A stretch of DNA of 64,000 bases, from the NCBI GenBank assembly GCA_963711735.1, contig CAVQFA010000003.1:82971-146970 (forward strand), read 5' to 3'. The stretch comes from Candidatus Gottesmanbacteria bacterium. Its GTDB lineage: Bacteria; Patescibacteriota; Microgenomatia; UBA10105; UBA927. The notes under the pieces are model-generated. The model searched no databases. It saw only the letters and a program-made list of their open reading frames with translations, and was not told the DNA's origin. Of the stretch, positions 62,028-64,000 are shown piece after piece; position 1 is the stretch's first letter; every line of letters begins with the position of its first letter. Position numbers and translations under genes: made by a program.

Positions 62028-62486
62028 ATGGATGACAATCTGCCCGTACAACCCACACAGGGGTCTGCCCAAAACGTGAAGTCGGATGCCGGTGTAAACG
62101 CGCCACCGGCGCAACCAACACCTTTATCCGGATCAATCGGGAAGGAACTTGAGGGAGGAGCGGGGTTAACGGTTGCGGAATCACCCCGCGCAGCAGAGAT
62201 CGGTCACGATGTGGATCTGCCCAAGGAAGTTTCCCGGGTTGGTGTAACGGTCCATCCGACAGTCATTCCGATACCCGCAAATCTCACGCGTGCAGGCGTC
62301 CGGCCTGCGGGGATGAACGTCCCCGCATCAACAGGCGGAGCAACGACGGTTGTACTGCCTTTGACTGATGCAGAAATTGCTGCGGGTCTGACGAAAAGCA
62401 TCACCCTGTCGTGGCGGTGGCTTGCTGAATGGTGTAGAAGGAGAATTAAACAAATTCATACGACGCTCGTATCAAAAAAGAAATAA
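62028..62486 (+). CDS. Hypothetical protein
   Basis: Pro-rich N-terminus, C-terminal S.RWLAEW..R. Confidence 0.7.
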   Translation: MDDNLPVQPTQGSAQNVKSDAGVNAPPAQPTPLSGSIGKELEGGAGLTVAESPRAAEIGHDVDLPKEVSRVGVTVHPTVIPIPANLTRAGVRPAGMNVPASTGGATTVVLPLTDAEIAAGLTKSITLSWRWLAEWCRRRIKQIHTTLVSKKK

Positions 62487-62492
62487 TATATT

Positions 62493-64000
62493 ATGAACGA
62501 TCAATTTCTGGACCTTATCTACCGCCTCGAAGCATTTGGAATTGCTCTTGTGTTCCTCATCCTGTTCCTCGGCGGATTTGTACTCCTCGGGTACATCCTG
62601 TTTCTTGTATGGAAAAACCGCAACAGGGAAAGGGAGTCTTTGGAAAGAGTCGTCATGCAGATAGCTGTCCCGCGCGATAATGAGATAAAAATTGATGCGG
62701 CAGAACAGCTGTTTTCAAGTCTTGCGGGTATCCACCATTCGGGATTCTGGTCGTTTTTAACCCCAGCAGAGCACCTCACCTTTGAGATTGTTGCGCGTAA
62801 AGAGGATATACGTTTCTACACGTCTGTTCCGCGTAAGCTCGTCGACCTTGTCGAAAAGCAGATTCACGGCGCATACCCCGGCGCTGACATCCGTGTTGTG
62901 GAGGAGTACAACGTGTTTGACGAAAAAGGCAAAGTCGCATTCGCGGCTTTGTGTTTAAAAAACTCCGATTACATGCCGATTCGGATATTCAGGGATTTGC
63001 CGACCGACCCTCTTTCGTCGATAACGTCAGTCCTTGCAAAGATGCAGGAGGGGGAGGCGGCGGCGATTCAAATCCTCATCCAGCCGGCCGGACATAAATG
63101 GGCGGGTCTTGGGCACAGCTATGTGGCAAAAACCAAAAAGGATGAGGCAAATCCGGAAAAAGCAAGCTTCCGTGTAGATCCCAAAACCCTGGAAGCGGTC
63201 GAGCAGAAATGCACCAAGCCCGGGTTTAACACGGTGGTGCGCATCGTCGTTTCCTCGGATTCCAAAGAGTCAGCCAAGATGCATCTGGATAACGTGACGT
63301 CATCATTCGGACAGTTTGCGTCAGACAATAATTATTTTACAAAAGCCAAACAGCCCATCAAGGCGTTTTTTATGAAAGACTTTATTTACCGGTATTTCCC
63401 GGTTATAAACCCCCCGTTTTTCAAACAGTACGGTGTATGCAACAGCGACGAGCTTGCCACAATCTACCACCTCCCGAATAAATCCGTGGAAACAGCGCAT
63501 ATCTTCTGGCTCAATGCCAAACGCGCACCCGCGCCTTCGCAAATACCCGCAACAGGGATGTTTCTTGGTATTTCCCGCTACCGCGGTATTGACAGGAAGA
63601 TCCACATAAGTGACGAGGACAGGCGCAGGCACATGTACATTATCGGGAAAACAGGCACCGGCAAATCCCAGCTTCTGGAGGAAATGGTTCTCCAGGATAT
63701 CCGTGACGGCAAGGGGCTTGCGGTTGTTGACCCGCACGGTGATCTCATCGAGGGCATTCTTGAGCGTCTTCCTCCGGAGCGGGCAGAGGATGTCATTTAC
63801 TTTGATCCGTCAGATTCAGAGCGTCCGATGGGACTTAATATGCTTGAGGCAAAAACCGAGGACCAGAAGCACTTTGTCGTCACGTCCATTGTCGGGCTTA
63901 TGTACAAGCTCTATGATCCCTATGAAAACCGGCATCATCGGTCCGCGCTTTGAGCACGCCATTCGAAACGCCATGCTGACGGTCATGTCAGAACCCGGCA
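62493..64000 (+). CDS. VirD4/TraM/HerA-like membrane-anchored ATPase; continues beyond the window after an apparent frameshift near 63925
   Basis: RRRHMYIIGKTGTGKS, DPHGD; shifted frame continues TGIIGPRFEHAIRNAMLTVM. Confidence 0.85.

Noticed and set aside
62493-64000. Conjugative element
   Set aside because: Lone VirD4/HerA-like ATPase with no relaxase or other T4SS genes in the window

Overview
Bacterial chromosomal window whose gene content (DUF4012, DUF5667-like, VanW, VirD4/HerA-like ATPase, salvage-type metabolism, many apparently leaderless genes) suggests a CPR/Patescibacteria (Microgenomates-like) genome; this taxonomy is inference only. Most of it is housekeeping: trpS, pyrD, xer recombinase, upp, Mur ligase, rpmH-rnpA-yidD-yidC-jag, rnhA, rplY, nth, epmA-efp, valS, tsaD, groES-groEL with CIRCE, nrdR-nrdJ with B12-handling genes, and three tRNAs. 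Many genes, including essential ones, are split by small indels that look like assembly errors. The standout is a minus-strand locus at ~7250-13960. It has a perfect sigma70 promoter, a long leader with several terminator-like hairpins, and a four-gene PspA/IM30 + DUF350-like + DUF4178-like + acidic-repeat membrane protein operon. A 735-nt highly structured intergenic region follows, containing a canonical type III hammerhead ribozyme, and then two tandem short serpin-like genes. Other notable items are a candidate Trp-sensing leader-peptide attenuator before a racemase-trpS operon, a TrpRS fused to a Trbp111-like domain, a tRNA-Ile with UAU anticodon and an atypical initiator-like tRNA. All family assignments come from motif recognition by eye, not database searches.
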